A DNA stretch of 64,000 nucleotides, taken from positions 15,748,001-15,812,000 of the forward strand of contig CM022675.1 of assembly GCA_012295275.1 (NCBI GenBank), read 5' to 3'. Made by a program: the position numbers and the translations under genes. The DNA comes from Chrysomallon squamiferum (taxonomy: Eukaryota > Animalia > Mollusca). Positions 1-13,400 of the stretch are shown here, one piece after another. The stretch's first letter is position 1. Every line of letters begins with the position of its first letter. The notes beneath the pieces were generated by a model that saw only the letters and a program-made list of their open reading frames with translations, was not told where the DNA came from and searched no databases.

Positions 1-29
1 TTGTAACAGCGGTCTGTAGAGGCAGCCAT
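1..29 (-). CDS. Probable start of the coding region of an unidentified gene running off the left edge (MAASTDRCY...)
   Basis: ATGGCTGCC at 29-21 on the minus strand. It is the first ATG after an in-frame upstream TAG (~190), lies inside an exon with a good acceptor at 378/377, and the frame is open to the window edge. Only 9 codons are visible, so no product can be assigned. Confidence 0.45.
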
Positions 30-376
30 GTGGAATTTCTCGTCCAATGCAATCAGGCACAGAACACGAGAATCTACTTGGTTGGTAATTGTAAAACAAA
101 GTCGTGGAGGCAAGTGGACAGACAAAGAGAAATCTGGTGACCAAAACGCTACACTGACGTCCGGAAGAAAACAGAAATACAAAAGGTACTAATAAGGTTG
201 AAGGAAATACATGTGGTATTTATACAAACTATATTTCGAATAACAAATGGCATTCTAATATACGTGAATTTCATTTCTGAGACTTTGTCACAGAGTCCGG
301 TTAGATTCGATTGCTTTGGAAATTGAAATAAAGCCAAACATAATAAAACAGTAACAAACAGATCATATACAATATG
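30..376 (-). other. 5' UTR part of the first coding exon of the left-edge gene, with short uORFs
   Basis: Acceptor ...ctctcactgtctctcgtttcAG at 378-377, preceded by a (CT)n pyrimidine tract. Upstream ATG ORFs terminate at 301 and 149. Confidence 0.55.
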
Positions 377-386
377 CTGAAACGAG

Positions 387-491
<105 letters not shown>

Positions 492-599
492 ATTGAATGA
501 CAGATGGACATAGAGAGAGAAACACAGAGATAGAGATTTAATAATCAAAGGTAAAGATTAATATGACATTTTTATAATAAATATATAGATCTAATGCAA

Positions 600-838
600 T
601 TATTTATTTATTTTGTTACTCATTATTTATTTATTTACTTACATACTTATTAACATATTTATTTATTCACTTACTTACTTATTTATCTGTTTACTTATTT
701 ACTTATTTATTTATTTACTTATTTACTTATTTATTTATTTATTTATTTACTTATTTATTTATTTACTTATTTATTTATTCACACATTTATTTATTTATTT
801 ATTTATTTATTTATTCATACGTTTATTTATTTATTTAC
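600..838. repeat. Degenerate (TTTA/CTTA)n microsatellite
   Basis: Visible tetranucleotide repeat. Confidence 0.9.
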
Positions 839-858
839 CGTTCTCGCCCACTACTCAC

Positions 859-965
859 CCTAAATGCCTGTTATCCGTTCTCTCTATGAAGAGTTTAATT
901 CTGTGTTTTCGACAGCAGGGTCGCTCGTTGTCGAGTGAACTGGGCCGTGAAATGAGCTGATGCGA
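859..965 (-). other. Proximal non-coding first exon of the left-edge gene (5' end approximate)
   Basis: Donor AGG|GTGAGT with GT at 858-857, directly downstream of a CpG-rich promoter-like block. Confidence 0.55.
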
Positions 966-979
966 TCAATTATTTCTCT

Positions 980-1175
980 ATCCGCGTGTACGTAGCGCTA
1001 AACAAGCGCGCGGAATTGCGCGCGCGGCACCCAGCGAGGAGGGGGAGGCAATCAGCTCGAGTCCAGCGTCACTGGACAGTGGCTAATGCATCCAGACACG
1101 CCAAAGCTTCGGGCAGAGGTCGCGGACCGGACAGCGGTCAAACTGCTCAAACTCGCCGGAAATTTCGAGGACAGA
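980..1175 (-). promoter_or_regulatory. Proximal CpG/GC-rich promoter
   Basis: Abrupt GC/CpG-rich island (GCGCGCGGAATTGCGCGCGC, GAGGGGGAGG, GGCAATCAG) in AT-rich surroundings, just upstream of the exon ending at 859. Confidence 0.55.
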
Positions 1176-2634
1176 TATCGTATACAGTACGGTTTATAGA
1201 AACTATGAGAAACGGACAGAATAAAATTTGTCAACCACTCGTGTCAAAATTTTCGCGTTTAAAATTTGCAATTTTGATTTAAAAACGTATTTAATTTTTT
1301 TTTTTTGTTTGTTTGTTTGTTTTGTTTTAAATAAATAAATAAATTAAAAATTTAAATCATAGTCGTAAGATGTGAGGTAAAAAAAAGCAAAAATATTTTT
1401 TTTTTTTTTTTTTTTTAATTATTCTGTGTTTGATTTAAAATCATATGAAATTTCCGTTTAAAAAAAATGGAAAAAAAAAACCCCAAGAAACAACAACAAC
1501 AAAATAACAAAAAGAAAAAAAAAAAGAAAAAAGAAAAATAAACAACAAATTAAATAAAGTATAAAATTTATCAACCTATGACGTAAAATTTGTTTTTTAA
1601 CATTGCTTTTCTGATGTAAACAAATAAAAAGAAAAATGAGCAAAACATACTTTTCTTGTCGAGTGGATGAAAAACATTTTGTACATAAACCAGAAGAAAT
1701 ACGAGAAAAAAAACCAAGCTTGTCATTCAGTGGTGTAAACGTTCATAATACATCCTGATTAAAATATACTAAAATATACAAATACAATTTATAGACCACT
1801 GACGTAAGTTTGAGATAAAAAATGATTTGTATTAAAATATTTAAAAAACCTAAACAAACAGATACTTTGTCAATCAGAACAGTATTTGAAAAACCCACCA
1901 AAAAACGAAGAACAAACATACAAACAAAAACCACCTTACAAATAAGTAAAAAAAACAAGAACAAACAAACAGACAAACACAAACAAAATCGTTATAAAAA
2001 CTGTAATGTTGGTTTTCAGAAACTAAATTAATAAACAAACAGACAAACAGTAAATTAACTGAGAAATAAACAAAGAAAAAAAAAAATAATTTAATGAATT
2101 AACACATAAATAAAGAAAAAAAAAACCATGCCCAAAAACCCAAAATAAAAACAAAAACAGAAACAAAAACCCAGTAATAATAAATAAATAAATAAAGACA
2201 GTTAAACTGTGATTTATCTCGAAATAAAGAAATTTAAAATAAATAACCATAAAAGAACAAAACATTTTGTCTAGGCAACAGAAAAATGAATACACAAAAA
2301 ACAATTTCATATTTATCTGTAAATTAAATAATGAATGAATACATGGATGGATGGAAGCATGGATGAATGAACGGATGGACGGATGGACGGATGGATGGAT
2401 GAAAGAATGAACTGATGATGGATGAATAAATGGATGTATAGATGGACCTTCTGTAAATCAATCAATAAGTGTTTAAGAAAACCTATATAAATAATAACTA
2501 TATATATAACTGTGCGACGTGAGAAAGAAAACTACGTGGGCGTCTGCATGGGTTAATCTTTTCATCTGACAGGAAACTTCTCTTTTAAACAGATAATTAA
2601 AAACACTTTAATATTAAATTTTATTAAATGTCAA

Positions 2635-2815
2635 TATGTGAAATGATGAGATGTCAAAATGATGAGATGTGAAATGATGAAACGTGAAAGGATGAAATGT
2701 GAAATGATGACATGTGAAATGATGAAATGTGAAGTGTTGAAATGTAAAATGATGAAACGCGAAATGATGAATTGTGAAATGATGAAATGTGAAATGATGA
2801 AATGTAAAATGATGA
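2635..2815. repeat. 15-bp tandem repeat (TGTGAAATGATGAAA)n, ~12 copies
   Basis: Visible tandem array. Explains ORFs 2614..2829 and 2659..2856. Confidence 0.9.
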
Positions 2816-4040
2816 CAAGAGGACGACATACTATCTTTTCGCGGGAAAACGTTTAACAGCAGGATATTTTAATATACACACACCATCCCGTAGATTGGAA
2901 AACATATATTTTTTTATAGAACAGTATGGAATGAATTTAATCAGGGACTTATCTGAGATAAATATGTCAGAGTTTGGCAGGTTTAAATTAATACACAGTA
3001 TGCATAAACAGATAATAGTCTGAGATTACACTGTAGTAATTATACGAGAAAATATTTTGAACAAACTGATGAAAAAAAAAGATTTTTTTTTTATTTCAAG
3101 ATACACTCCTAAGTTATAAAGATATTATAGACAGAATAAGAAATAAAATCTCAGTAAATTCCATTCAGTCAACAGATTTAAGACTTACTTTATAAACGTG
3201 TTCTGTTGATTAGATTCAAATAAAAATGTTTCATTCAGTTCCAGTCGAACAAAAAGTCTGAATAACTGGCGGCATCAGTTAATAAATTCTTATCATCCTC
3301 AGATTTAAAACTTATTTTAAAATAATGTTCTCTTGCTTAAAGTTAATTTAGGAAAAGGTTAAATTAACATCATGCCAAATTTTTTTAAATTTTACTTTTA
3401 TTGTTCTCTCGTTTCAGCGTGAAGACCATTTCGCTAACAGCATTCAACATGTAACAAAGAATAAAAAACGCATACCGTTTATCTTTGAATTCAGCCAATT
3501 CCTAAATATGTTACATAATTTCTGCACAGAGTATCTATGCATGTGATGAAGTATGTATATATATTTTCTGTATAAAAGCAAATATCCACAATTTGATTTC
3601 TCTACAAAATATATCACTTCTCTATCATGCGAAACATCGACAGTCATCAGAGAATGATAATATATCTGAAAGATTAACGATAATCCAGTCTGAACAGAGA
3701 CATGTAATTGTTTATTTAAGAATCTGCTATGCAGTACCCTGTGTTTGATGAAGTCCATGTTACTGATTCTTCTCTCTAACTTGGCTTAGCGAGCGAAATT
3801 TCACTTCCATTTCCTGCGTGATGCTTAACAGTGGTTAAAACGTCATGAAGTTGTTAAATAAAATAGTTCTTCTTTCTTTTCGTGTACTGACTGTGATTAG
3901 TAGCATGTATTAGCAGAACTGTCTACAAAGATTGTAATTAGGTCATTCGTCCGTTACTACTTCTGTCTGTCTGTCTGAAAGTCGCGTTAAAGAAGGATAT
4001 GACTAGGACATTCATCCGTTGTTCTCTCTCTCTCGCTCTG

Positions 4041-4077
<37 letters not shown>

Positions 4078-4975
4078 GTCTAACTGAATCGTATGTTAAA
4101 CAAGGGTACGAATATTTGTCCATTATTCCTCTGTCTGACTGAAAGTTCTAATAAAAACAGACATGACTAGGAAGTCCGTGCGTCAGTGTGTCCGTCTCTG
4201 TGTCTGTCTCAGTGTTAAACATGATGAGAATATTTACTTGTTAGTACGTGTGTCTGTCTGTCTTTGTCTGCTTGGAAAACCTGTACTTATTATTTCTCTT
4301 TGAGTATTAAAAAAATAAGTAAAAAAACTGTCACGTTTTACTGCAGCTGGAAGAAACTATTAAATTTATCTTTTAATTTTCTCATGCATTCTGTTTATCA
4401 CATTTATTTTAACTTGAACATTAGCAATCATCAATACAGGACACATAGCGATAAAATAAAACATTAAATAATTTTTATCTCAACGTGAACAGAAATGATA
4501 TATGTGGCTTTTTAACTGTTATAAATATAGTTAAAAAGGTAAATTTAGCTCACTTTCGTCAAAGTATATTACATTATGCATTTAGTATACATGAGAGGTT
4601 TTACATAAGGCAAATATTAAAATCCTGTATTTAAATTGAAACCCTTTAGAGAAGATAAAATAGGAACGTATGTAAACAGTTTATCAGGGAAGCATGCTGT
4701 TGTAGCTGTTACAAGATAAATGTAAAACAGCGTCGTTGATTAGAGACGCTAATGTAGTGTTTACTTAATTTATGTGTTACAAGAACCGCACACTTTAGTT
4801 CCACTTCCATTCAACGATTCGTACAAACATCAGCAGAATAATTATTTTACCTCATTAGAGGTTTTCAAGTAAGAAAAACGATAATTATCTTGAGCAACGA
4901 CATCGACTGTAATGACGACGGCAGAAGAAAAACAGATATAATTTTTGAGCTATGTTCAGAAACAGAAGCACTCAC

Positions 4976-5550
4976 CTGCTCAGTTCCTCTCTTAAATCCA
5001 GCGACAAGATCAACTCTGAGAAATCCGTCACAAAGCTTCTTGGAAATTTCTTTTTTTCTCTTTTTCCTTCGGATTTTTGTTTAATTTTTCTAAACAAAAA
5101 TTTGAACTGGCGTTCAGTTTAGAACGATATTTCTCATACAAAAGTCACGCAGCAGTTTTGTTTCCCGTTGTAAACAATATTCTTCACTTCGTATTTCATT
5201 TTATTTCAGTTTTGCTCTGTCTCATAAACGCATCTACAAAAGCACGTCAGTTTCTGCAAATAGCTGTATTCCCGTACGTCCTCGGTGTATGTTAGTTCAT
5301 CTTTCTTTTGTCAGTCTGTTTTTTCAGTTATTAGTTATTATTGCACCACCCACCTGTTTTCGCGCGTTTGAACGTAACGTTGTCTCAGCCAAGCCAATGT
5401 TAGCAGAACGAAAGTGTTTCCTTGTGTGCTACCTCTCGTGTAAGTAAAGCCGTGGTGGATGGCGTCGTTCTCAATCGATCCTTTTAGCATTTGCTGTCAA
5501 AGACGACGGCTGCCGTGTAGACAGAGGATCATCTGCTGGATAGCCGATTG
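4976..5550 (-). other. Distal alternative 5' UTR exon(s) of the left-edge gene
   Basis: Perfect donor CAG|GTGAGT (GT at 4975-4974). A second donor CAG|GTGGGT (GT 5353-5352) and an acceptor tttttgtttAG (5091-5090) could split it into two exons. The 5' end is approximate. Confidence 0.5.
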
Positions 5551-6070
5551 ATACTGGATAATATATGTTGAGATATAGCGGAGAGGCGGGGCAAGGCAAA
5601 CTCGTCCACGTGGTTTGCGTGGAAGAGCCGGATAGAACCGAGGTTATTTACCGAGCGAAAACGAGTGGAACTGTTTTGACTAGATCACTGATCTGATCCA
5701 GCAGATAATACTGTTGTTATCAGTAGTAGTGGTAGTGGTAGTGGTAGTAGTTAGTGAGGCGTGTGCAGGCAGCGTTACGGCGACGTTAAATCTGCGAAGA
5801 CGTCGAGAACGTCCCGCCTTAACTGAGTCAGCGGAGACGAACGACGTCGTCGTCGATGTTTCTGTCGGTACTTTATCGTTTTGCAGTATGTTCCGTTTTA
5901 TTTGTTGTTTTAATGATTTAGCGGGTTAACAGCTGGGAAGTGAAAAGTGTAGCGAAGTGTAGCGAAGTGTCGAGGGACGCATAAAACGAGTTTAAAGTCG
6001 TTGTACGTCAAAATCCTGTCTCTGCCACGTGTTCAGCGACAACTGCAACACGAGCGGCGCTAGTCGAGAA
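5350..6070. promoter_or_regulatory. Distal CpG-rich promoter region, possibly bidirectional
   Basis: CpG-dense segment with CCAAT (~5394), GC box GAGGCGGGG (~5583) and E-box CACGTG (~5607). Confidence 0.5.
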
Positions 6071-6077
6071 CTGCAGT

Positions 6078-6562
6078 CTTAACTCACAGATACTCACACC
6101 ACTTTGATTTCGCTCACTGTCTGCTGTTACTTAACTCACAGATACTCACACCACTTTGATTTCACTCACTGTCTGCTGTTTATGCAGCTTTACTGCGTCT
6201 GTATGTTACTTAACTCACATATACTCACACCACTTTGATTTCACTCACTGTCTGCAGTTACTCAACCACAGATACTCACACCATTTTGATTTCACTCATT
6301 TTGCATAATCACACCTACTCACACCACTTTGATTTCACTCACTGTCTGCTGTTACTCAACTCACAGATACTCACACCACTTTGATTTCACTCACTGTCTG
6401 CAGTTACTCAACTCACAGATACTCACACCACTTTGATTTCACTCACTGTCTGCTGTTACTTAACTCACAGATACTCACACCACTTTGATTTCACTCACTG
6501 TCTGCTGTTACTTAACTCACAGATACTCACACCACTTTGATTTCACTCACTGTCTGCTGTTT
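6078..6562. repeat. ~52-bp minisatellite (TTAACTCACAGATACTCACACCACTTTGATTTCACTCACTGTCTGCTGTTAC)n, ~9 copies
   Basis: Visible tandem array. Confidence 0.93.
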
Positions 6563-6594
6563 ATGCAGCGTCGATGTTGAAATTACTGATGTAC

Positions 6595-7275
6595 TCTTAG
6601 CTTTCCATATCAGAATTCGTGAATTAGATTTTCATATCAGAATTCGTGAATTAGAATTAGATTTTGATATCAGAATTTCGAGAATTAGGTTTTGATATCA
6701 GAATTCGTGAATTACAGTTAGATTTTGATACCAGAATTCGTGAATTACAATTAGATTTTGATACCAGAATTCGTGAATGAAATTTAGATTCTAATATCAG
6801 AATTCGTGAATTAGATTTAGGTTTCCATATCAGAATCCGCGAATTAGAATTAGGTTTTGATATCAGAATTCGTGAATTACAATTAGATTTCGATATCAGA
6901 ATTCGCGAATCAGATTTGGATTCTGATATCAGAATTCGTGGTTTTAGATTTAGATTCTAATATCAGAATTCGCGAATTAGTTTTAGGTTTCGATATCAGA
7001 ATTCGTGATTTTAGATTTAGATTTTGACAACAGAACCTGTGATTTTAGATTTAGATTTTGATATGAGAATTCTTGATTTTAGATTTAGATTTTGATATCA
7101 GACTTTGTGATTTGCACTGAGATTCTGATGTGAGAATACGTATGTTAGATTTAGGTTTGATATCAGAATGTGTGATTTAGATTTAGGTTTCATATCAGAA
7201 TGCGTGAATTAGATTTATATTTGATATCAGAGTTCGTGATTTTAGATTTAGGTTTGAAATCAGAATTCGGGATTT
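6595..7275. repeat. ~33-bp degenerate minisatellite (GATATCAGAATTCGTGAATTAGATTTAGATTTT)n
   Basis: Visible tandem array that decays rightwards. Confidence 0.92.
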
Positions 7276-7739
7276 TTTTCTATTAAATTCAGGAGAATTT
7301 TATTTTACTTAAACACGAGAACGAACATATGTCTGTAATATAAATAAATAACTAATCTGATATGATGTTGTTTATAGATGATGACGTCAGCCAAATCTGT
7401 CGATTCAGAATGTTGATAAGAAAAAGAACGCGAAATATTTTCTGTTTCTTTTTGTGTGATCAGATTTTCTTTGTTAACAGACGCGACAGAACAAGTTAAA
7501 TAACTTTCATTACTAATGAAAAATACTTTCAGAAGCTGCATAAAAACCTCAAGCATTAAGTCTTCCTTTTGCTGAAGAATCTCAGACAGTATCCAGCTGT
7601 TTTTCGATATTAGAATTTCATTAAAATCGAAAATAGTCACCGCCAGTTGCAAAAAATAACAACAACAACAGCAAAAAAAAAAAAAAAGAGAAGAAAATGT
7701 CTCGCTGTCTAAAATTCTTGCTTCCTCGCTCGCCAACCA

Positions 7740-8060
7740 ACACTGGCCCGTTCACTTTTCAGTTTGCATGTGTGACGTCAGAGTGCAGAAACTGACGACA
7801 GAAGTGTCAGCCTCTCATCAGGGCTGGCGATAATTTTCAGACTGTGATGGAAAGCATTATCACTGGAAAACCTCTGATTGATCGATTGCATTCGCTGATT
7901 GATACATGAGAATCAATCGAAGGCGTGGCCTCTGGCACCTGGGGCGGGGAGGAGATTTCCCACGGGGAGGACTGTTTGACAAATGACTGGAAAGCGTCAA
8001 GATTTGTAGATGAATGTTTGCCAAATTTTACGTCTTCGTGCACTGTTCAACACATCGTAA
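7740..8060. promoter_or_regulatory. Candidate enhancer with a CRE and clustered TGATTGAT (Pbx-Hox type) sites
   Basis: TGACGTCA 7773-7780, TGATTGAT 7875-7882 and 7896-7903, ATCAATCG 7912-7919, GC box GGGGCGGGG ~7941. Unique GC-richer sequence between satellites. Confidence 0.4.
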
Positions 8061-8137
8061 ACTGAAAACAGAGGTGTGTGAAATCTGTTTTGACACTTTG
8101 AAATAAATTGAGATTTCTCTTGTATCTCTGCACTGGG

Positions 8138-8632
8138 CGTTTTATCTGAATTTAGCGTTACTTCTAAATTAGTTGTTTATCTGAATCTAGTAATAGTTAT
8201 CTAAATTAGGTGTTTATCTGAATGTAGTAATAGTTATCTACATTAGTCGTTTATCTGAATCTAGTAATAGTTATCTCTCTAAATTACTTTTATCTGAATC
8301 TAGTAATAGTTATCTCTCTAAATTAGTTGTTTATCTGAATCTAGTAATAGTTATCTCTCTAAATTAGTCGTTTATCTGAATCTAGTAATAGTTATCTCTC
8401 TAAATTAGTCGTTTATCTGAATCTAGTAATAGTTATCTCTCTAAATTAGTTGTTTATCTGAATCTAGTAATAGTTATCTCTCTAAATTAGTTGTTTATCT
8501 GAATCTAGTAATAGTTATCTCTCTAAATTAGTCGTTTATCTGAATCTAGTAATAGTTATCTCTCTAAATTAGTCGTTTTATCTGAATCTAGTAATAGTTA
8601 TCTCTCTAAATTAGTCGTTTATCTGAATCTGA
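8138..8632. repeat. 41-bp minisatellite (GTTTATCTGAATCTAGTAATAGTTATCTCTCTAAATTAGTC)n, ~12 copies
   Basis: Visible near-perfect tandem array. Confidence 0.95.
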
Positions 8633-8819
8633 ATTATTTCAGTCTACAGATTATTAGTTTTATCTCAGTGTTATAATATTTCTCTCTTTAAATTAGCTTT
8701 CTAATTGACGTGATAAAGATAAAAACAATGGGGCAGGGTTATCAAGAAGAATTTTACCTTCACTTCTGTCTTTGGTAATAGCCTAGAAACTATGTGTGGA
8801 GTAAACGCTTCTTTTTTTT

Positions 8820-8852
<33 letters not shown>

Positions 8853-9064
8853 CATTCCGGTGCACGTGTTTAATTTGAGCAAGCTAATGCATTTAGCGAG
8901 CGACTTAACGAAAGTAAAAAAGAATATTAATTCCTAAGAAGTAGAACAGTTGATGTCGGCACTTAGCGTTAATAAGCACAGCACTTTTAAGCCAAGTTCG
9001 GTAACTGCGTAACATAAAGAGAGGATCGTAAAAAAAAAAAAAAAAAAAAAAAATTAAATACACT

Positions 9065-9285
9065 GCAGTCATCGATGGGTTAAAAGATCAATTCTCCTCC
9101 GATCATCCATTATTTCCCGTTTCAGCCAGTGCTCTGTATACACAGTGTATAAATCGATGTCATAAGTAACTTCCACGTGTTGTCGTGCTAAGTTCAGTTC
9201 TTGTCAGTGTCTACTGTGTGTTATCTCCCAATCCAGACAGTGCTCCACGACTAATTTATCGAAGACGGTGGACTGTGCTTTAGTT
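9065..9285 (+). mobile_element. Degraded tRNA-derived SINE fragments
   Basis: TATTTCCCGTTTCAGCCAGTGCTC and TCCAGACAGTGCTCCACGACTAATTTATCGAAGACGGTGG. Related pieces recur at ~10015, ~26195, ~27965 and in reverse at ~14150 and ~20075-20200. Resembles, from memory, the core of molluscan SINEs. Confidence 0.5.
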
Positions 9286-9672
9286 TCTAATTATAAACTA
9301 GCTTTTTTTTTTTTTTTTTTTTTACTGATATTTACATATTTAGATGGAGTGAAATATACTTAATTAAAAACATGTTAATAAATTTTAAAAAAATGAATAT
9401 AAGGTTCCACTGAAGAGATTTGATCCTCTGTTCTTTGTAACAGTTAACGTATCAGTCACGTGTTACACGGAGCTCTAGTCTTACAAAACAGATGAGTTTT
9501 ATTTAAAATAAATTCGACTTGAAATGGAGGTGTTTTAATTTTTTTTAAAACGACTAAAATTAAACAAAAATAAAATTAAATAATTAAATAAAATTAAACA
9601 GACAAATAATAAAAGCAAAATGTCAATGTCATTGAATTAAATTAAATTAAACTAATAAATATGAAATATGAA

Positions 9673-9705
<33 letters not shown>

Positions 9706-9828
9706 AAATAGATAGATAGATAGATAGACAGATAGATAGATAAGTAAATAAGTTAATTAATTAATTTCAGAAAGTTAATAAAATAGAATAATGTAAACAA
9801 TAAATAATTATATGTACAATTTTATATG

Positions 9829-9980
<152 letters not shown>

Positions 9981-10557
9981 TTGACCGGATTCATCCGAGA
10001 CACGGCAGCCAATATATTTCCCGTTCCAGCCATCCCTGTTTTAGTCTATTTGTAAACATGCAAAATATTGTTTGGTTCTAGGTGAGTTTCCTTATTTATT
10101 CGTGGCCTCTAACATCTGTTAACACTAGATAAACAAACAGTATTTGATTTAATATTAATTCTCCCGTGCTAAAACCATACAAAACAAGGAATTTTATTTA
10201 CTTTTTCTCCTGTTACATAAAATCGTTCAAGCTAAGAATTAATTAACGTTCTTTAATGTATTTTCCTCCTAATACCATTGCGAACCTTCCGATACTTGAA
10301 AAAATCTGTACCCGATATCGGCGAGCATGTGTGTTTTCACAGAATCGATTATTCGTGTTACATTTACCCAAGATTACAACCTGCCCACTCATTGGCGCAA
10401 AAAACAAACAAATATAAAAGTTTATTCAAAAAGAAAACAGCGTTTATTAAAGTTTCATCTGTATGACACAGCTAATACACTTTTAACAAAAAAAATAAAA
10501 AAGATAAAAAGATACAAGAGAGATTAATGTTAAAAAGTGAATAAAGCATTTTTATAT

Positions 10558-11000
10558 AGCAGTAACTGTAGTAGTTGTAGTAACAGTAGTAGTAGTTGTA
10601 GTAGTAGTAGTGGTAGTGTAATACTAATAGTAGAAGTACTGGTAGAAGTAGCAGCAGTAGCACTAGTAGTAGTAGTTGTAGTATAGTGGTAATAGTAGAA
10701 GTAGTAGTAGTAGTATAGTAATAATAGTAGAAGTAGCAGCAGTAGCACTAGTAGTAGTAGTTGTAGTATAGTAATGATAGTAGAAGTAGTAGTAGTTGTA
10801 GTATAGTAATAATAGTAGAAGTAGTAGTAGTTGAGGTATAGTGATAATAGTAGAAGTAGTAGTAGTTGTAGTATAGTAATAATAGAAGAAGTAGTAGTAG
10901 TTGTAGTTGTTCTTGTTGTTGTAGCGGCAGTAGTAATAGTTGTAGTAGTAGTAGTTGTAATAGTAGCAGTAGTTGTAATGGTAGCAGTAGCTGTAGTAAA
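10558..11000. repeat. (TAG/TAA/TTG)n low-complexity trinucleotide tract with internal higher-order duplication
   Basis: Visible. Explains poly-T/Y/L ORFs. Confidence 0.9.
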
Positions 11001-11384
11001 AGGCTGATGAAACAATATACGGCTTCAAAGAAATCATAAATCAAAGAGAAAAATGTTTTCATAGCGATGTTTAATAGCGAAAATAAAATCTCGCTGAAGC
11101 TGGGCTGATTAAATGCAGACGATAAAAAAAAACATATCACATTTATCACGAGAACAAATTCCATAAAGAAGAAATTTTAAACATTTGCAGATGAAGAAAA
11201 TGTAAATGAAACAGGTTTTTCTTTTTTATTCTATTTTTTTTTTTTTTTTTTTTTTTTTTTCGGGTTTAAAAATGTTTATAGATAGACAGACAGACAGAAA
11301 GACAGACAAGTGTTTGTTAGATCGCAGTTTAACGTTCCTGTAAAGTATTTTGTTTTTCGTTCTTATCTCTTAAACTGTATTCGC

Positions 11385-11865
11385 GTAGAAGTAATAGAAG
11401 TCGTAGTGATGGTGGTGGTGGTAGTAGTTGTAGTGGTGGTAGTAGTAGTTGTAGTGGTGGTAGTGGTGGTGGTAGCAGAAGTGTTAGTAGTACTAGTAGT
11501 AGTACTAGTGATGGAAAGGAGTAGTAGTTATAGTAGTAGTGGTGGTAATAGTCATTGTAATGGTATTAGTAGTAGTAGCAGTAGCACTAGCAGTGGTAGT
11601 GGTAGTATTAGTAATAGTACTAGTGGTTGTAGTAATGGTAGAAGAAGTTGTTGTTGTTGTAGTAGTAGTAGTGGTAGTAGAAATAATAGCAGTGGTAGTA
11701 TTAATAGTAGCAGCGATGGTAGCAGTGGTAGTAACAGTAGTAGACGTTTTAGTAGTAGCTGTTGTGGTAGTGGTGGTAGTAGCTGTTGTGGTAGTAGTGG
11801 TAGTAGCAGCAGTAGATGTTGTAGTAGTAGCTGTTGTGGTAGTAGTGGTAGTAGCAGCAGTAGAG
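11385..11865. repeat. (GTA/GTG/GCA)n low-complexity trinucleotide tract
   Basis: Visible. Explains poly-V/S ORFs. Confidence 0.9.
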
Positions 11866-12855
11866 TGTTGCAGGCATGATTATGAAATAAGTTATAACTA
11901 GAGAAATTCAAAGAGAAAAGTGCACATGTGTTTTACTTTCTCGAGATGAATCCAAGTCTGAAAATAAATAACGTTTTTGTTGTTTTTATGTTTCTTCGAA
12001 CTCAGCTTTGTCTGGGAATTTACACCTCAAAAAAAATAAAGTGACTCCTGGTGGCCGATAACAATAATAATGATTACTGAAAAATCTGAGAAAAAAAAAT
12101 ATATATATATATACCTGTTGGTGCACAAACAGGTTAGGGACTAAGTAAAGCCTTGTAATATTAGTGGAATTGGCCAAGTGTGTTTCGCTAATTTCACTTT
12201 GAAAATTCAATAACAGTAACAAAAATAGCTTAATAACATGCAAATATATTTGGTACCGGTATAGTTGTGTGTTACTAAGTTCTTATATATTTGGTATGTG
12301 TATTTATAATGTTGGCATATATATATATATGCTAATATTGTGTTATGTACATATTTTTATATATTTTATATACTTTGACCTGTTATTAACCTGCTTTCTA
12401 TAAGGTTTTTTTTGTGATAAAATGTCATTCCCAGATACACCCAGATAAACACACACAGACACCTAGAGACACACATAGACGCTCGAAGCTACGGACACTA
12501 AACGACTCGTTACTTGCTAGTCTCTGTGTACATTATCTCTGGTCTGCTGAATGCGACTTATCTTTCACGTTTCAATCTTTCACAAAATTACTAAATAAAA
12601 ACCTGTCATCTCATTGATCACTCGCTCAGTCCCTGGACAGCAACGCGTTAGTCTGTTAGTCTGTTAGTCGTGAACTAATAACGGGATATTTACGTCTACA
12701 CATGAATTATTCTACGACTTGATGCAAATATTTTTTCTTTATTTCTTACCGTCTTTCCTTCCTTTTTCTTTCTCTCTCTCAACTTTCGTAAATATCTAAT
12801 CTATCTTAACCTTGGGGTTTCTTTCTATATATCTCCTATCTCTCTATATGTGTCG

Positions 12856-12942
<87 letters not shown>

Positions 12943-13289
12943 GGTTTGTTTATTCATTTTATTTTATTATATGTATTTATATTTATTTTTAAATATTTAT
13001 TCCTCATTAATTAACTAAACTATTTACTCGTGTGGAGAAAGGTCTACGACATGTAACACTTCTCTGGGTTGTCTGTCTCAATTACCATTTTATGACATCA
13101 GACGTCAGATCTCGCGAGATAAACGATTTTGTCAGCAGCCTTTCACCCTGCAGATTATCCCCGCTTTGGCGAGATCGGAGCTTGTGACGCGCAGAACTAA
13201 TACAAGGATTTAAACACCTTTAAAAACCGGTCACGACCACACAGGCAGTTCAACTGTACAAAAGTCTCGATATGACTTTACACGACCGC

Positions 13290-13400
13290 AAAGATCGATC
13301 CGATAGTTAAAACTGAAAATTTTGTCTGAGACGATTGAAGACGTCAAAAGGAGCTAAACTTGTTTAAAAATCTGTCACAGTTTGACGTGTGAGTAAACTC
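13290..13400 (+). mobile_element. Dispersed repeat fragment, second copy at ~20595-20690
   Basis: Shared ATAGTTAAAACT...TAAACTTGTTTAAA(A/C)ATCTGTCACAGTTTGACGTG..AGTAAACTC. Confidence 0.7.

Noticed and set aside
6078-8632. Regularly spaced repeats resembling CRISPR arrays (also 21503-22420 and 58500-59570)
   Set aside because: Units are head-to-tail with no unique spacers, there are no cas genes, and the DNA is eukaryotic.
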